64,000 nt of DNA from Rhina ancylostomus (taxonomy: Eukaryota): positions 3,467,711 through 3,531,710 of the forward strand of contig JARFYF010000072.1 of the NCBI GenBank assembly GCA_030265395.1, written 5' to 3'. Positions 1-12,378 of this stretch are shown here, in pieces. Position 1 is the stretch's first letter, and every line of letters starts with the position of its first letter. The position numbers and the translations under genes are program-made. The notes beneath the pieces were generated by a model that made no database searches, was not told the origin of the DNA, and saw only the letters and a program-made list of their open reading frames with translations.

Positions 1-199
1 ACTTTGGGACCAGTGACCACAGTTCCGTTGGTTTTATTGTCGTTCTGGAAAGGGACAAAACTGCTCCGCAGGTTCGAGTTCCGAATCGGGGCAAGGCGAA
101 TTTTGACGGTATCAGACAGAGGCTTCCAAACATTGCCTGAGCGGGTTTGTTTTCTAGAAAAGGGACCTCTGGGATGTGGGAAATTTCTGAATGTGAGTT

Positions 200-710
200 A
201 GCAAAAGTTCAAGATCTGTGTTTTCCTGTTAAAGAAAAAAGGCAGAGCTGCTAGGAATTGCGAACCTTGGATGTTAAGGGCATTTGTAACTCTGATCAAG
301 AGAACCAAGAAGGCCTGGTCAGATGCAGGAAGCTGCGAGATATATAAAGGATGCCGAAGTATACTCAAGACAGAAATTTGGAGAGCCTGAGAAAAGCTGC
401 AGACGGGCAGCGCTGTTTTCGATCCGTTGCAAAAAGACAGCGAGGAGGAACTTGAACGACTGAAGAAAGGAGGTGCACATCCGAACTGAGAAACTGACGG
501 CACGGAGAGAGAAGGCCTGCTGGCATCCCATTAATCAGTGCAGAAAGATCAGTGAAGATCAGATTGAGAAGCAACTGGTTGCATTTGCAGATGGATCACG
601 CGGAGTGGCAATGCAAATGTAAGAATTCGACAATGGAGACGTTAAATGTTGATAATCAGGTTCATAAGATTGCCTCGCACGGTCTTGTTGCGGAGAAAGG
701 TATCACTGAG
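200..710 (+). mobile_element. Highly degenerate CR1-type LINE ORF2 fragments
   Basis: Resembles CR1 ORF2 segments seen elsewhere in the window (EPWM...LIKR region; degenerate DKVPHGRLV-like stretch near 665-700); many stops. Confidence 0.4.
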
Positions 711-939
711 GTAATTCCCGGGATTTGATGTGTTTCTTTTGTTCAATCCGCACGATATTGACAGCCGGGACAATGGAGTTTGTTCAAGCGACCTTAACTT
801 GTAGAAATGGTCAGGGGTATAAGCGGGAAACCGGAGACTGATCCTCCGTCTCAATCAGCGCCTATTGGAGTCCATCAGCTCAGTGTGTCTGCCGGAGCAG
901 TGAATTTCGGAACAACAAAAGTCACAGTTTATCACTGAT

Positions 940-1486
940 ATTGGATATCCACTAATCTGGCGGAGACGAGACATTTACCATCCTGTTATTTCAGCTGTTG
1001 GACTTCCTGCTAATCAGCTGTCTCAGCTGCATTTGGGGGAAATTGATGTTTAATTCCAATACTCGTAAGTGTTTCTCTCGCTGCTTGCTTTTTCAGAGTC
1101 ATCTGCCCCAGCCTAGCATTTCGATAATGGAATATGTGGGGTCTCTGCGTATTTGGTCTTCTCGAACCAGCTACAATTTCAATGACTTTGATTGTACAAC
1201 CCAGACTGGATTTTTGTCTCCAAATGGTCTGATTTAGAAGCTGGATTCAAACGATCGGCAGGTGGGAACACGAGCAGTTATAAAGAGTTACACGCAATGC
1301 TCTTCCACGGATCCCCGTTATTTCACAGAAGACACAGCGGCGATGTTGCAGCTTCTCAGTTCCTGCACCAACATGTGTATTTACGCCGTGACTCAGAGGA
1401 AATTCCGAGAGGAGCTGAAGAACGCAGTGAAATACCCGCTGAATCGGATTGCGAAACTTTGTAAATCATGGAGAGGAATTGTGTAA
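940..1486 (+). pseudogene. GPR139/142-like GPCR pseudogene with internal deletion (exon 1 remnant plus TM7/C-terminus only)
   Basis: 940..1009 reads (I)GYPLIWRRRDIYHPVISAVGLP+G: 70 nt like the other exon 1s, but ATG>ATT and donor GT>CT. About 1300..1486 reads DPRYFTEDTAAMLQLLSSCTNMCIYAVTQRKFREELKNAVKYP..., homologous to the end of the 30744 ORF. TM2-TM6 are missing. Confidence 0.8.
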
Positions 1487-2899
1487 AACGCGATATTTAA
1501 ATCTACCTCCATGCTCCTAACCCTACATCCTCCACAATAGAGAAGGAGTTAATTATGTTATAAGCAAATCAAAAAATAAACAGCCATTTACAGCTGACCC
1601 CGCAGTACCTATGGCCTCACCCTCCCAGAGATATCCCCCTTGTGCAGCACTTCCCTTCCCCACTCGCCCTACAGCTCGAAACCAGCTCGTTACTTCTTCT
1701 TCCCATTTCCTACAAAGTGCATTGGAATTACTTCCGTTTCTTATTCTGAAGATAGTGCCTGATCTGCTGAGGGAGGCAGTATTTCCGTCGGTGTTTAAGT
1801 TTCGCTCTTGTCTCACCACTTAACTTCCTTCGTTGTAACGTTCTCTTTCGCCTTTCTGTTGATGGTCCTTGCCCTGTACTCTCTTACAATCCCTTCTCTC
1901 TCTCTNNNNNNNNNNNNNNNNNNNNNNNNNNNNNNNNNNNNNNNNNNNNNNNNNNNNNNNNNNNNNNNNNNNNNNNNNNNNNNNNNNNNNNNNNNNNNNN
2001 NNNNNNNNNNNNNNNNNNNNNNNNNNNNNNNNNNNNNNNNNNNNNNNNNNNNNNNNNNNNNNATTTATCTGTTTATCTTTCTCATGCAGTCGAAGTTCAA
2101 TAGGTGATGCAAATGGTAAGTGCCATTCAGACTTGTTCTGTGCAAGAAATAACCCACAGTATGGCTACACTTGAAATCGCATGGAACATGTAAGAAAATG
2201 GTTGTGGGAATGTCATAAATAAGCACATGCCGCAATGTATTGAACCAGACTGCATGGTTGTTCGTGAATTGTCTGTTGAATCCAGCTCTCATTTTACTGA
2301 GGTAACAACGATAAGTGACACGATGACACGAGCATCACGGTTCATCCAGTGATTAAATCAAGCCATACCCCCCCCCCCCCTCCGCCACACAGCTGACTTG
2401 CACAACAAAACAGATGTTATATCAACTGACATCGTACGGGTATCTCAAAGGAACAACTACAGCTTGTGTTCTTTGCGCTCAGAGTGAGTGTGTTAAAGAG
2501 ATGATTGTTGACTTCAGGAATTCGAATGAGGGCGAACATGCACCAGCCAGCAGCGGGAGTCGATAGTAGAGAGAGTCAGCAGTTTAAGATTCCTGGGCGT
2601 TCACATATCGGATGACCTGTCCTGGGCCCTGCACCCAGATGCAATCAAAAGAAACCGCACTAGCGTCTTTACTTTCATAGGAGGTTAAGGAAGATCGACA
2701 CATGTACTGTTGAAAGTTTTCTGACTAGTTGCATCATGGTACGCCAATTGAAATGCGCAGGAACGTAAGAAGTTCCAGAGAGTAGTGGACACTGTTCAAT
2801 GCCTCACGAGTATATCGCTCCCCTCCATCGCTAGAATCTGCAGGAGCCGCTGTCTCAATAAGGCAACATCCCTCATCAAAGATCCACTGCATCTTTGTT

Positions 2900-3052
2900 T
2901 TTAAATTTTATTTACAGCGTGGTAACAGGCCCTTCCGGCCCAACGAGTCCTCGCTGCCCATCTTAAACCCCAAATTAACCTACCCGTACGTCTTAGGAAT
3001 GTGGGAGGAAACCGGAGCACCCGGAGGAAACCCACGCAGACACGGGAGAACG
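2900..3052 (-). mobile_element. tRNA-derived V-SINE (HE1-like), 3' part
   Basis: Reverse complement contains the V-SINE core TTCTCCCGTGTCTGCGTGGGTTTCCTCCGGGTGCTCCGGTTTCCTCCCAC and a CR1-like tail gggccggaagggcctgttaccacgctgtaaataaaa; truncated by a gap. Confidence 0.85.
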
Positions 3053-3152
3053 NNNNNNNNNNNNNNNNNNNNNNNNNNNNNNNNNNNNNNNNNNNNNNNN
3101 NNNNNNNNNNNNNNNNNNNNNNNNNNNNNNNNNNNNNNNNNNNNNNNNNNNN

Positions 3153-3227
<75 letters not shown>
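3153..3227. repeat. (ATCT)n / GATA microsatellite
   Basis: Perfect atct tetramer array abutting an N-gap. Confidence 0.98.
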
Positions 3228-6089
3228 ATTCTCGTGCAGTCGACGTTCAATAGGTGATGCAAATGGTAAGTGCCATTCAAGCTTGTTCTGTACAAGAAAT
3301 AACCCACAGTATGGCTACACTTGAAATCACATGGAACATGTTATCGTGTAAGACACTGGTTGTGGGAGTGTTATAAATTAGCACATGTCTCAATGTACGG
3401 AACTAGACTGCATGGTTGTTCGTGAATTTTCTGTTGAATCAGTTCTCATTTCACTGAGGTAATAACGATAAATGACACGATGACACGAGAATCACGGTTC
3501 ATCCAGTGATTAAATCAAGCCTTAAGCCCCTCCACCACACAGCTGACATGCACAACAAAACAGATGATATGTCAACCGACATCGTCCGGGTATCCCAAAG
3601 GAACAACTACAGCTTGTGTTCTCTGCGCTCAGCGTGAGTGTGTTAAAGAGATGATTGTTGGCCAGGAATTCGAATGAGGGCGAAAATGCATCAGCCAGTA
3701 GCTGGGGTCGATAGTAGAGAGAGTCAGCAGGTTAAAATTCCTGGGCTTTCACATATTGGATGATCTTTCCTGGGCCCTGCACACAGATGCAATCGAAAGA
3801 ACCGCACCAGCGTCTTTACTTCCATGGGAGATTAAGAAAGACGGACTTTCACCGAACACTAACAAACTTTCAAACATGTACTGTTGAAAGTTTTCTGACT
3901 AGTATCATCATGGTCTAGTACGCTAATTCAAATGCACAGGAACGTAAGACGTCGCAGAGAGTAGTGGACACTGTCCAGTGACTCACGGACATATCGCTCC
4001 CCTCCATCGCTAGAATCTGCAGGAGCTGCTGTCTCAATAAGGCAACACCCATCATCAAAGATCCACTGCATCTGGGCCATGTTATTTTCTCGCAGCTACC
4101 ATCGCACAGGAGGTACAGAAGCCTGAAGTCCCACCACCAAAATCAATAACATTTACTTCCCTTTAAACATTCGGTTCTTGAAACAGTCATCATCATTTGC
4201 GTTCGGTTCTTGAAACAGTCGGCTTCATTTGCGTTCAGCAAATAACCACTGGAATCACTTTGCAGTAAAATGTGTTTTGTGATGTTATTTCTTCTTGCTT
4301 TTAAAAACGGTTTGAATTTATATTTAATTTATGTTTTTTTTCAATGCTGTCTATATGATGCTATGGGCCTGTAATGCTGCTGGAAGTAAGTTTTTTTATT
4401 GCACCTGTGAATGCACGTACTTGTGCATTTTATAATAAACTCGACATTGACTGAACCGTGAATGCATCCAAATGAACAGTGCAGGCAGAGGCCATTTGGT
4501 GCGAGTGCTGAACGCCACAGGTGCCAATTCACACTAATCCCTACCCGTTTCCGCTCGTCACATTCTGCCAGCCTCTCCCTCTGTAATTATCTTCATTTCC
4601 CCCGGCACACCAGTCCTTGAACACAGGCTAACTTCCCTAAATACTGCTTGTTCAGGCGCGTACTGTATTTTGGACACTTGCCCTGTAAATCAGGAACTCT
4701 AGACATTCTAACTGGAGTTATTCATGACAGTTACGTTCAAGGACACCGATTTCGAGTCGCTCAGACATGGAAATTTGCCCTGTCCTTGGAGCCATAAACA
4801 TTTCACAAGGGGCATAAAATATAAAAAGCAGTACCCACCGTTCCACGATTTCATTCGCCTCTCAGGAAAGTTCCACACAATTCAATGTCGCGGCGGAAAA
4901 AGAAAACACAGACAAGCGAAGTACAATGTAGGGATTGGGAGCTGGGACAGATATAAACTGGCGGGTATAAATCTGATCTGTCGCGGATGAAGCATAAATA
5001 TTGAGAAGTGGGAAACGTGCTCTATTCACAAACGTCAAATGAATATTTATTTTAATGTTCAATCAGACCTTCACATTTTATATAAACCAATCATCCAAGT
5101 GTTTAGAGAGGGAGAACGGAAAAGCGCCTTGACGTCCTTCAAGTTTCGCGTTTTTCCTTTCTAGATAAAAGGAGTGGACTTACTGCGGCCGAGTTGTGAT
5201 CCAGTTTACGACGAATGGGTAGAAGATGCTACTTCCATGTACCGTAGTTAGAGGAACTCTCAGATCAGAGCAGGTAGGTTATGCCGTATGCACATGTCAG
5301 GTGCGAATAATAGAAGCCCAGAGCCAGTGCAACATAATGCTCCAGGACTGTCACAGACCAATGTGCTGTATCCCAGAGGACACAGTTACGGAATCAGGCA
5401 TAATCTGAGTTCCACTGAGACCTCCTCCTCCAGACTCAGGACAGGACGCAGTGAGAGAACCGCCCTCCGCAAATGTAATCGCAGTTCCAGTAAAACATTC
5501 ACACTCAGCCGCAGTGAAGCAACACCACTCAGTCAAAATCTTAGACTGTTCCAGACCTGGACCACGGCAGAGTGATGCAGGCCCGAACAGCTTTGGGTGT
5601 TGTGCTTTTGAATTCAGTGCTGGGAATGTGTCGTCACTGCTTCGTCCAGGTGAGAGTGACTGGAGATTAAACAACTAGACAGTGCCCGGGAATATACAAC
5701 ACCCGGACAGTAGTTGGCAGAGTGTCACTGATATTACCGTGTTCTGCTCTGAGTGCGGTCTCAAATCCCTTGCATCCAGTTACTCCGACTCCTGCTTCTG
5801 GCCTGATGAGTCCAATATATTCTCCCCGAAACCATTTACCGTTTTCCATATCCGCGTCATATATTTCCCTGCGAAAAAAAAGCTGAGGTAGTACTGCTGG
5901 ATCCATTGTTAATATCTCAGCCTTCGCGAGCATTTTCGGAAGAGTGTCGGACACTGGCAGGATACTGTCATCGAAGATCCTGCATGTCACCCGGCTATAT
6001 ATTTTTATTCACTACGATTGGACTTCTACTTGATTCACAGATCTTCACAAAATAGATACCCTTTTCATGGAAAAGACTCTTGTCATCCG

Positions 6090-6320
6090 CGTTGGCCATT
6101 CAGCAGCGTGAGAGGACCATCTCCTCCGTAGATCTAATCACCCCTTCTACTCTTGTCCTATCCCACTGGAGCTGCACCCATCGCGCTTCCCACCCCTCTC
6201 TTTCCTGCCTCCGTTCGTCATATCCTACGGTAATTTTCCTCCCGGATACCTTGATAATTACCCATTGATTCAATGCCGTATTTCTCTCGATCTTCGCCTT
6301 CTGTCGTTCACACACCGTTC
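6090..6320 (+). mobile_element. Degenerate Penelope-like element fragment
   Basis: C/T-rich stretch resembling the RT-to-GIY-YIG linker (ISSVD...LVLS.H...) of elasmobranch Penelope elements. Confidence 0.35.
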
Positions 6321-7329
6321 AAATGGACATCTGCAAAAGACCATGGCCGCGGGATTACACAGGTTGAATTAACCAAGTGCTGCTCGACATTAATAGTCCA
6401 GCACTTACACAGAAATATTTTGTAGAAGCGGATCGTGACGTAACCCTCGCTGGTGTCTGTTCCGCAGACACTTCAGCTGCGCCTCAGGAGACCCTGAAGT
6501 GGTGGAAGTCATCGAAAGGGAGCTGCCAATCAGTATCGGCTGATGTCTGTGTGCCGTGTTGTATCGGACGGTCTCATTGGCAGAGATGGAGGATCCGGAA
6601 AGCATTGATCCTGCCAAACACAACGGGCTGTTTCCATGGATTATCCTACCTGATGCAGAATGAGGACCGGACTCCTTCATTCAAACGATTTTACTCTGGA
6701 TATTTAATAGGTTTCCTGCCACTGTGATTCCCTCACCAACTCTCTGAGGGCAGCTGGAGCGGGACTTCAACTAAAGACTTTCTTTCCAATGGACCCTACA
6801 AGGCAAGTGCACCACGAGTTAGGGACACATGAATCCTCTCTGTAAACTGACAAGTGCAAACAGTAAAAGAACAAGTTCAACGCCCAATGAACACCAAATA
6901 ATGCTCATAAGACTGTGGCTGAAACAAGCGAAAAATTCCTCCAATCTGTACTCCCATATTGGTAAATATCTCACTAAATAGAGATTGATGTTGGTTGCAC
7001 ACAATGCCACGTGCGTAACTTACCCGCAGACTTTCCGAATAATGTTAACCTGACAGAAAAGGGCGGAGGCGATAGTGAAAGAGAGGTTGTTTATGTGACC
7101 GAGAGAGGGAGTAGGAGAAAGAAGTGGAGCATTCTGTGCTCGGAGAGATAGATAGATGGACAGATAAAGAGAGAGAGACCAAACACGTTGAATTTGCAAA
7201 TTGCAAGTCGGAACTGTGGGAAACGACCAGCATATCAGACCGTGTCAAGGAAGAGGGAACGAAAGCCGAGCTGTTGGGTCTTGCACGAGCCAGCAACATG
7301 CACTGCCTGAAGCCGTTGCACTTGAGACT

Positions 7330-8125
7330 CGGAGAAGGGCGAGGTGGTACACTTTGGAAGGACAAACTCCAGGGCAGAGTACAAGGTAAATGCAAGGTAC
7401 TCGGCAGTGCAAAGGAGCAGAAGGATCTGGGGGTTCATATTCACAGTTCAATGATCGTTGCTTCACAGGTGGATAGGGCAGTTAAGAAGGCATATGGGAT
7501 GCTAGCTTTCATAAAAAATCGTGGGATCGAGTTTAAGAGCCACGAAGTGATGATGCAGCTTTACAAAACTCTAGTTAGACCACACTTAGAGTACTGTGTT
7601 CAGTTCTGGTCGCCGCATTATAGGAAGCATGTGGAGGCGTTGGAGAGGGTGCAGAGGAAATTTACCAGGATGCTGCCTGGATTAGAGCGTATGGAATATG
7701 AGGAGAGGCTGAAGGTGCTAAGGCTTTACTCATTGGAGAGGAGGAGGATGATGGGAGACATGACAGAGGTGTATAAAATATTGAGAGGAATAGATAGATT
7801 AGATAGCCAGCAAACGCTTTCCCAGGGCACCAGTGCTGAAGGAAAGAGGGCATGGCTTTAAAGTTATGATTGGGAAGTTCAGGGGAGATGGCAATGGGAG
7901 GTTTTTCACCCAGAAAGTGGTAGGTGCATGGAATTCGTTGCCTCGGATGGTGATGGTGGCAGATATGTTGGACAGGTTCAAGATATTGTTGGATCGTCAT
8001 ATGGAGGAATGTGGGATATAGGGATATGTGGGAGGAAGGGATTAGATAGTGTTCGGTGTGGTTTTATGGATGGCACAACATGGTGGGCCGAAAGGTCTGT
8101 ATTGTCATGTATTGTTCTATGTCTA
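7330..8125 (+). mobile_element. CR1 LINE, 5'-truncated (RT C-terminus plus 3' UTR)
   Basis: KDLGVHIH...KKAYGMLAFI...LYKTLVRPHLEYCVQFWSPHYRK..LERVQRKFTRMLPGL; tail tgggccgaaaggtctgta...gttctatg. Confidence 0.93.
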
Positions 8126-8849
8126 ACTTCTCAGGCCTGGGTCTGAAGGCTTGCAACGTGCCGACACGAGTGCGCATGTTCCTGACCTGAGACATCCGTT
8201 GGACATTGCAACATTGCAGGATTTCCAGGATCTGTGTTTTTATTAAACATGTTCAAGTTAAAAGTAACATTCTTCTCAATTTCATTTGAAGAAACATTAA
8301 CATGTGGTATTCTCAGCTGTGTAAATCTATTGCCCACTGTATCTATTGCCCACTGTATCAACTGTATTTATAACGCCTGTTGCGTAATGACGTTCTTTGT
8401 TGTATAAGTAATTATTTTTCTGTTTGATTGTATTCGGTCACTCGCTCCTGCTCCATCATTCACTGTCCATGGTTAAACATTTTTTTTCTATCTGACTGTC
8501 CTTCCCTGCTCTCATCGAAACACGAGCAAGGCGATCCAAACCCACACCGACAAGTACATCTCAGCCTGAAGTCTTGGGACGCGTGCAGGGGCATTGATCC
8601 TGTCGTCGGTGACTTTTTCTCTCATCCCTATTTAACCAGTTTGCGTATTTTATTAAAATGAGAATAAAGAAACAGAGTTCTGGACATATTCCGCATTCCA
8701 GGCGGAAGCTGAGGAATAAGCAATACTTGCAACAACTCCTCACAACAAGCCACTTCTGACACAAGAAGACAGAAGACAGAATTACCAGCAACAGCAACAG
8801 CATCGCGATCAATCAGAATCTGCAACTTCATGGGCCGACATATGCCCAC

Positions 8850-9205
8850 ACCCGCTACCATCACCATCAAGGCAGAAGATCAATATTGGCTCTACGTCGT
8901 GTGCAGTAACATTAAGTATGTCGAAGAATGAGAGAGAAACCTGGTGCAGCTGAAAGGCAGATACACATTCATGCCAAACAGCATAACCAGCATTCAATAG
9001 TCAGAGCTGTACGATACCGCACCAACAGATCAGTTCTGAGATCCTCAGTCCTCTCACACGGAGTCATAACCGGCGGTTGAAAATTAAACAGCTCATTGGA
9101 GGAGAAGGCTCCACCAATGACCCCATACTCAATAATGCGGCAGACCAGCACATCAGTGCAAAAGTGAAAGTTGAAGCAATTGCAAGAATCTTCAGCCGGG
9201 TTTTG
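8850..9205 (+). mobile_element. Old CR1/L2-group LINE ORF2 fragment
   Basis: Encodes KIKQLIGGEGSTNDPILNNAADQHISAKVKVEAIARIFS, matching a typical elasmobranch LINE inter-domain motif (TIKQLTGGGGSTNIPILND...KAEAFA.IFS). Confidence 0.65.
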
Positions 9206-9477
9206 TTTCATTTTTTTTCTGTCAAGCAGATCACGTGCGTAGAAATACCAACAGCTGTCGCTTCCCCTCCAATGTGATTCAATACCCATAAAATCGTTCT
9301 CTCCGCTCACCTCCTCCCATTCTTCGCCTTCGAAACCTGATTAAACGTCAAGACTTTGGAACAAGTCGCCGACGTTTTGTTGTCATTGACCCTAAATTCT
9401 GGAGCTTCACATTGAAAAGAGATGTGGGGTACCCGCAGATATCGAAGAAACTGGATGATCACCTACTGAAATCCAGT

Positions 9478-9540
9478 TGTGTGTGTGCATGTGCGTGTCT
9501 GTGTTTGTGTGTGTGCGTGCCTATATGTGTGTGTATGTTT
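9478..9540. repeat. Imperfect (TG)n microsatellite
   Basis: gtgtgtgcatgtgcgtgtctgtgtttgtgtgtgtg... Confidence 0.85.
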
Positions 9541-9936
9541 TGGGGAGTACGCGCTTAACCTTATTGCAATGCAGTTGCAAGTGAATGAACAAAACTAATC
9601 TTTCATATTCCTTGGAATATTTCTGTGCCGGGGAGAGATGTTTCATGTTTTAACTGAGAATTTGTAAGAAGAGACAAAGTAATATTTTCTTATGGTCTTC
9701 AGTTCAGGACATGTATGAGGAAATAAGTAATATTTAGACATGAATCAGCAGGAGAGAGTATGCTCAATGAAATTGAGGACAAGTGATAAATAAAGACCAG
9801 CATGAGCCTAGTGTGAGTCAGCATGAGCCTTGTTTGAGTCAGTATTATCCCCAAGGCTACGACATATGTTGCTGAGCTTTAAGGAACTGTGTTAAATTTC
9901 GCTGAAAACAACAGATTCCAAAGAGCTGAAGTAATA

Positions 9937-10002
9937 TGTTTGTTCAAGTAGCCGAGAATGACACAAATGAACACGTATGCAGCAGCTTCGTCACTATATA
10001 AA
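9937..10002 (+). promoter_or_regulatory. Putative GPCR promoter: TGTTTGTTCAAG motif (9937..9948) and TATATAAA (9995..10002)
   Basis: Located ~140 and ~85 nt upstream of the ATG at 10084; both are retained in the paralog (20684..20695, 20743..20750). Confidence 0.5.
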
Positions 10003-10083
10003 CTAAACGCTATTGACTGACACATCTCAGTGTACCTATCGACAATTGTGGTTTCCAGAGCACGAGAGGACGAGGTCAATCAA

Positions 10084-10153
10084 ATGGGTCATGTGTCAGT
10101 CACTCCTTCAGCGTCTATTTTCTACGTATTTCTTGCGGCAACAGGAGTTACTG
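10084..10153 (+). CDS. GPR139/142-like GPCR gene A, exon 1 (MGHVSVTPSASIFYVFLAATGVT+G); predicted to splice to 29843
   Basis: Exactly 70 nt (23 codons + 1), like exon 1 at 48385..48454, with an ASIFY..LAA motif. Followed by a weak GT donor (gtattc). Intron homology continues at 28579 across a split LTR. Confidence 0.65.
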
Positions 10154-12107
10154 GTATTCTCTTCTGTCTCTTGTAAAAGGCGATGCTCAGTGTTAACTAT
10201 TTTTTTATTAAATTTAAAATTGCTTCTCTCGGTGCTCGTATTTCACAGCTGCTTATTTTCAGCAGCTTCATGATGGAATGTTGAAAACCTTCGCATTCTC
10301 CGTTCCGTTGCAGAATATTACAAATGCAATCCGCATCCATTAACCAAGCAAGGAGTTGCTTCTGCATTATTATCTGCACAACTCTGTGATTATCTTGTCT
10401 AAGTCCACTGGTCGCATTGCTTCATTTGCGTTCGTGGTGTGAAATTAATGTGCTCCTGCTTTCTGAATTTTGTTTTTGATAAATATCCAGATCGCAAAGA
10501 ACCATCTTAGTGCCTAAACCCTTCCAAATAATGTATTACGCTATATCTGTTTTCCCACATATTTCTTACTTTGTTGTTTAACCTTCAATAGCATAGTTTC
10601 ACTGTGTGGGTTCCCAAATACCGTGAACTGAACAAGACTTCCTGCAGACTTTTTCACTGTGTGGCTCCTTCACTGCGGTTACCTTTTCTGCATGTCACTG
10701 GAAATTAATTTAGGTCCAGGGGTTCACAGTTTATCATATTGCAACGCAGAATGGAACCATAGCAAGTAAGAAAACCTTCAATCATCGGTGAATAAATATT
10801 GCAGCAGTTACTTTGGTGTTGGTCAGTTGGACAATGCTACCGCATATCGTTGCACTTTGGGCAATACAACTTGTCCGATGTCTGATGGGAAGAGCCGTTC
10901 GTTTCTCCTCAGTCTGTTAGCTGACTTTCAAGAGAACACTGTGGATGACCAGGCAGACAGTGAAAGAAGTAAACAAGTCAGAGACATTTGACCACAAAAC
11001 AAACTGTGTGAATCGCATCACGATATTTGATGCCGATAAATAGATCACCTGCACAGGATGTGGCAACTGAGCCAGATAAGGGGAAATGTTAAGAAGTTGG
11101 TGCAATAGCAGGAACGGATAAAGGAAGAGTCCGCAATGTGAAGCTGGTAGAAGGAATATCCTTGAAAGAGAGAAAGATCGATCCGAACACATCAGTTTTG
11201 GCAAACTTGCCGCGAATGCGACTCTTCTGACAATCTCATTCTGCTTTCATTGATGTTGCGGTTGAATGAAGAGAAATATTTAGTATTTAATTTTGCTGAT
11301 CTCATGATTCCATCGATATCTCTCCGATATCGTATTCTGGATGTATTGTCAACAGAGTCCATTGGAAAACGTGGACTGAATTGAGTAACCTAATTGCCTG
11401 CAGTCCGTGGTTCAGGTCGTCACAAACTGCCAATAATGCGTGATCAAATTCATAAATTCGTAAGTAGGTGGATGCCGGGGCATTTGTCTTGACGGCAGAT
11501 GCGGACCCGTTTGTCGTTACTAATGACGAGATGAGGGACGTGGAAGGATTAAGAGATGACGGCTTTCAGAACAATCTTCGTCTTTGCTTATTTCCTTGTA
11601 GCAGAGTCCATCACACATGCCGATCAACACCGCCTTATTCTCTTACCACCGAGCTATTCCACGGAGAAACAGAAAAATGTTGCGGGAGGTCAGGGCATAA
11701 GGACAATTAGAATTTAAGGTCGAGCCCCTGGAGATGAGCCGCTGAGTTCCTCCAGCATCTTTTCTGTAGCGACAGATCCCGCATTTACCATCTCTTGTGT
11801 ATACTGCAGCAACTTCTATTGCACATTCCCAAATCCTTTCTCCTTCAGCTGTCCCGGTATCATCCCACTGGCTCAACATTCAGTGGCCTCTTTCAACTTG
11901 ATGCGAATCTGCAAACAGGAAATTCAAGTCAGTTGACAAGGATCTACAAAAAGAAAGGAGTGTGCAAGACAGAACAATACCTATTTCAACAGGCAAAGTG
12001 AAACCAAAAAATGTGAAAACTGACAGATTTTAGAGCTTTCAATACAGGAGAGCTGAGGGTCTAAGGCGTGAATGGCGAAAGGCCAACGTTCCTGTACAGA
12101 AAATAAT

Positions 12108-12278
12108 TGTCATGGTTCTGAGTTCTGGTCCTCAATTTGGCTCCATTAATGCCTTGTTGTCCAGCACATGGATTACATGCTGGACTGATTAGACAACTGT
12201 GCACACCTGAGCCCCATCAGGGCCTAGCATAAGAACCTGTGTTTCTCTGGCACTAGTTGCCAGAGTATTGGTCTACCT
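12108..12278 (+). mobile_element. Gypsy LTR, 5' half (continues at 28410..28578)
   Basis: Starts TGTCATGGTTCTGAG like the LTR at 60957; preceded by ATAAT; ends at an N-gap. Confidence 0.88.
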
Positions 12279-12378
12279 NNNNNNNNNNNNNNNNNNNNNN
12301 NNNNNNNNNNNNNNNNNNNNNNNNNNNNNNNNNNNNNNNNNNNNNNNNNNNNNNNNNNNNNNNNNNNNNNNNNNNNNN

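Larger units (their letters stand above)
2063..4070 (+). repeat. Local tandem duplication of an ~830-bp unit (2063..2895 vs ~3220..4072) containing a Rex1/Babar LINE 3' fragment
   Basis: Both copies start (a)tc(t/a)ttctc(a/g)tgcagtcga(a/c)gttcaataggtgatgcaaatggtaagtgccattca and end aaagatccactgcatct. Both contain KEMIVDFR / SSFKFLGVHI..DLSW-type Rex RT-tail coding remnants. Confidence 0.85.
9725..12107 (+). repeat. Segmental paralog block A1 (promoter, exon 1 and 5' intron), homologous to ~20495..22865
   Basis: Colinear similarity throughout, e.g. gttgctgagctttaaggaactgtg vs gttgctgagttttaaagaactgtt, and aaaggccaacgttcc vs aaaggccagcgttcc. Confidence 0.9.

Noticed and set aside
7124-7861. 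245-aa ORF as a host gene
   Set aside because: The C-terminal two-thirds is CR1 RT; the N-terminus is chance read-through of flanking DNA.
4170-9845. Short direct repeats (~4171..4236, 8326..8360, 9798..9842) as array or CRISPR-like structure
   Set aside because: Each is a simple two-copy slippage duplication of 16-32 bp without spacers, in eukaryotic DNA.
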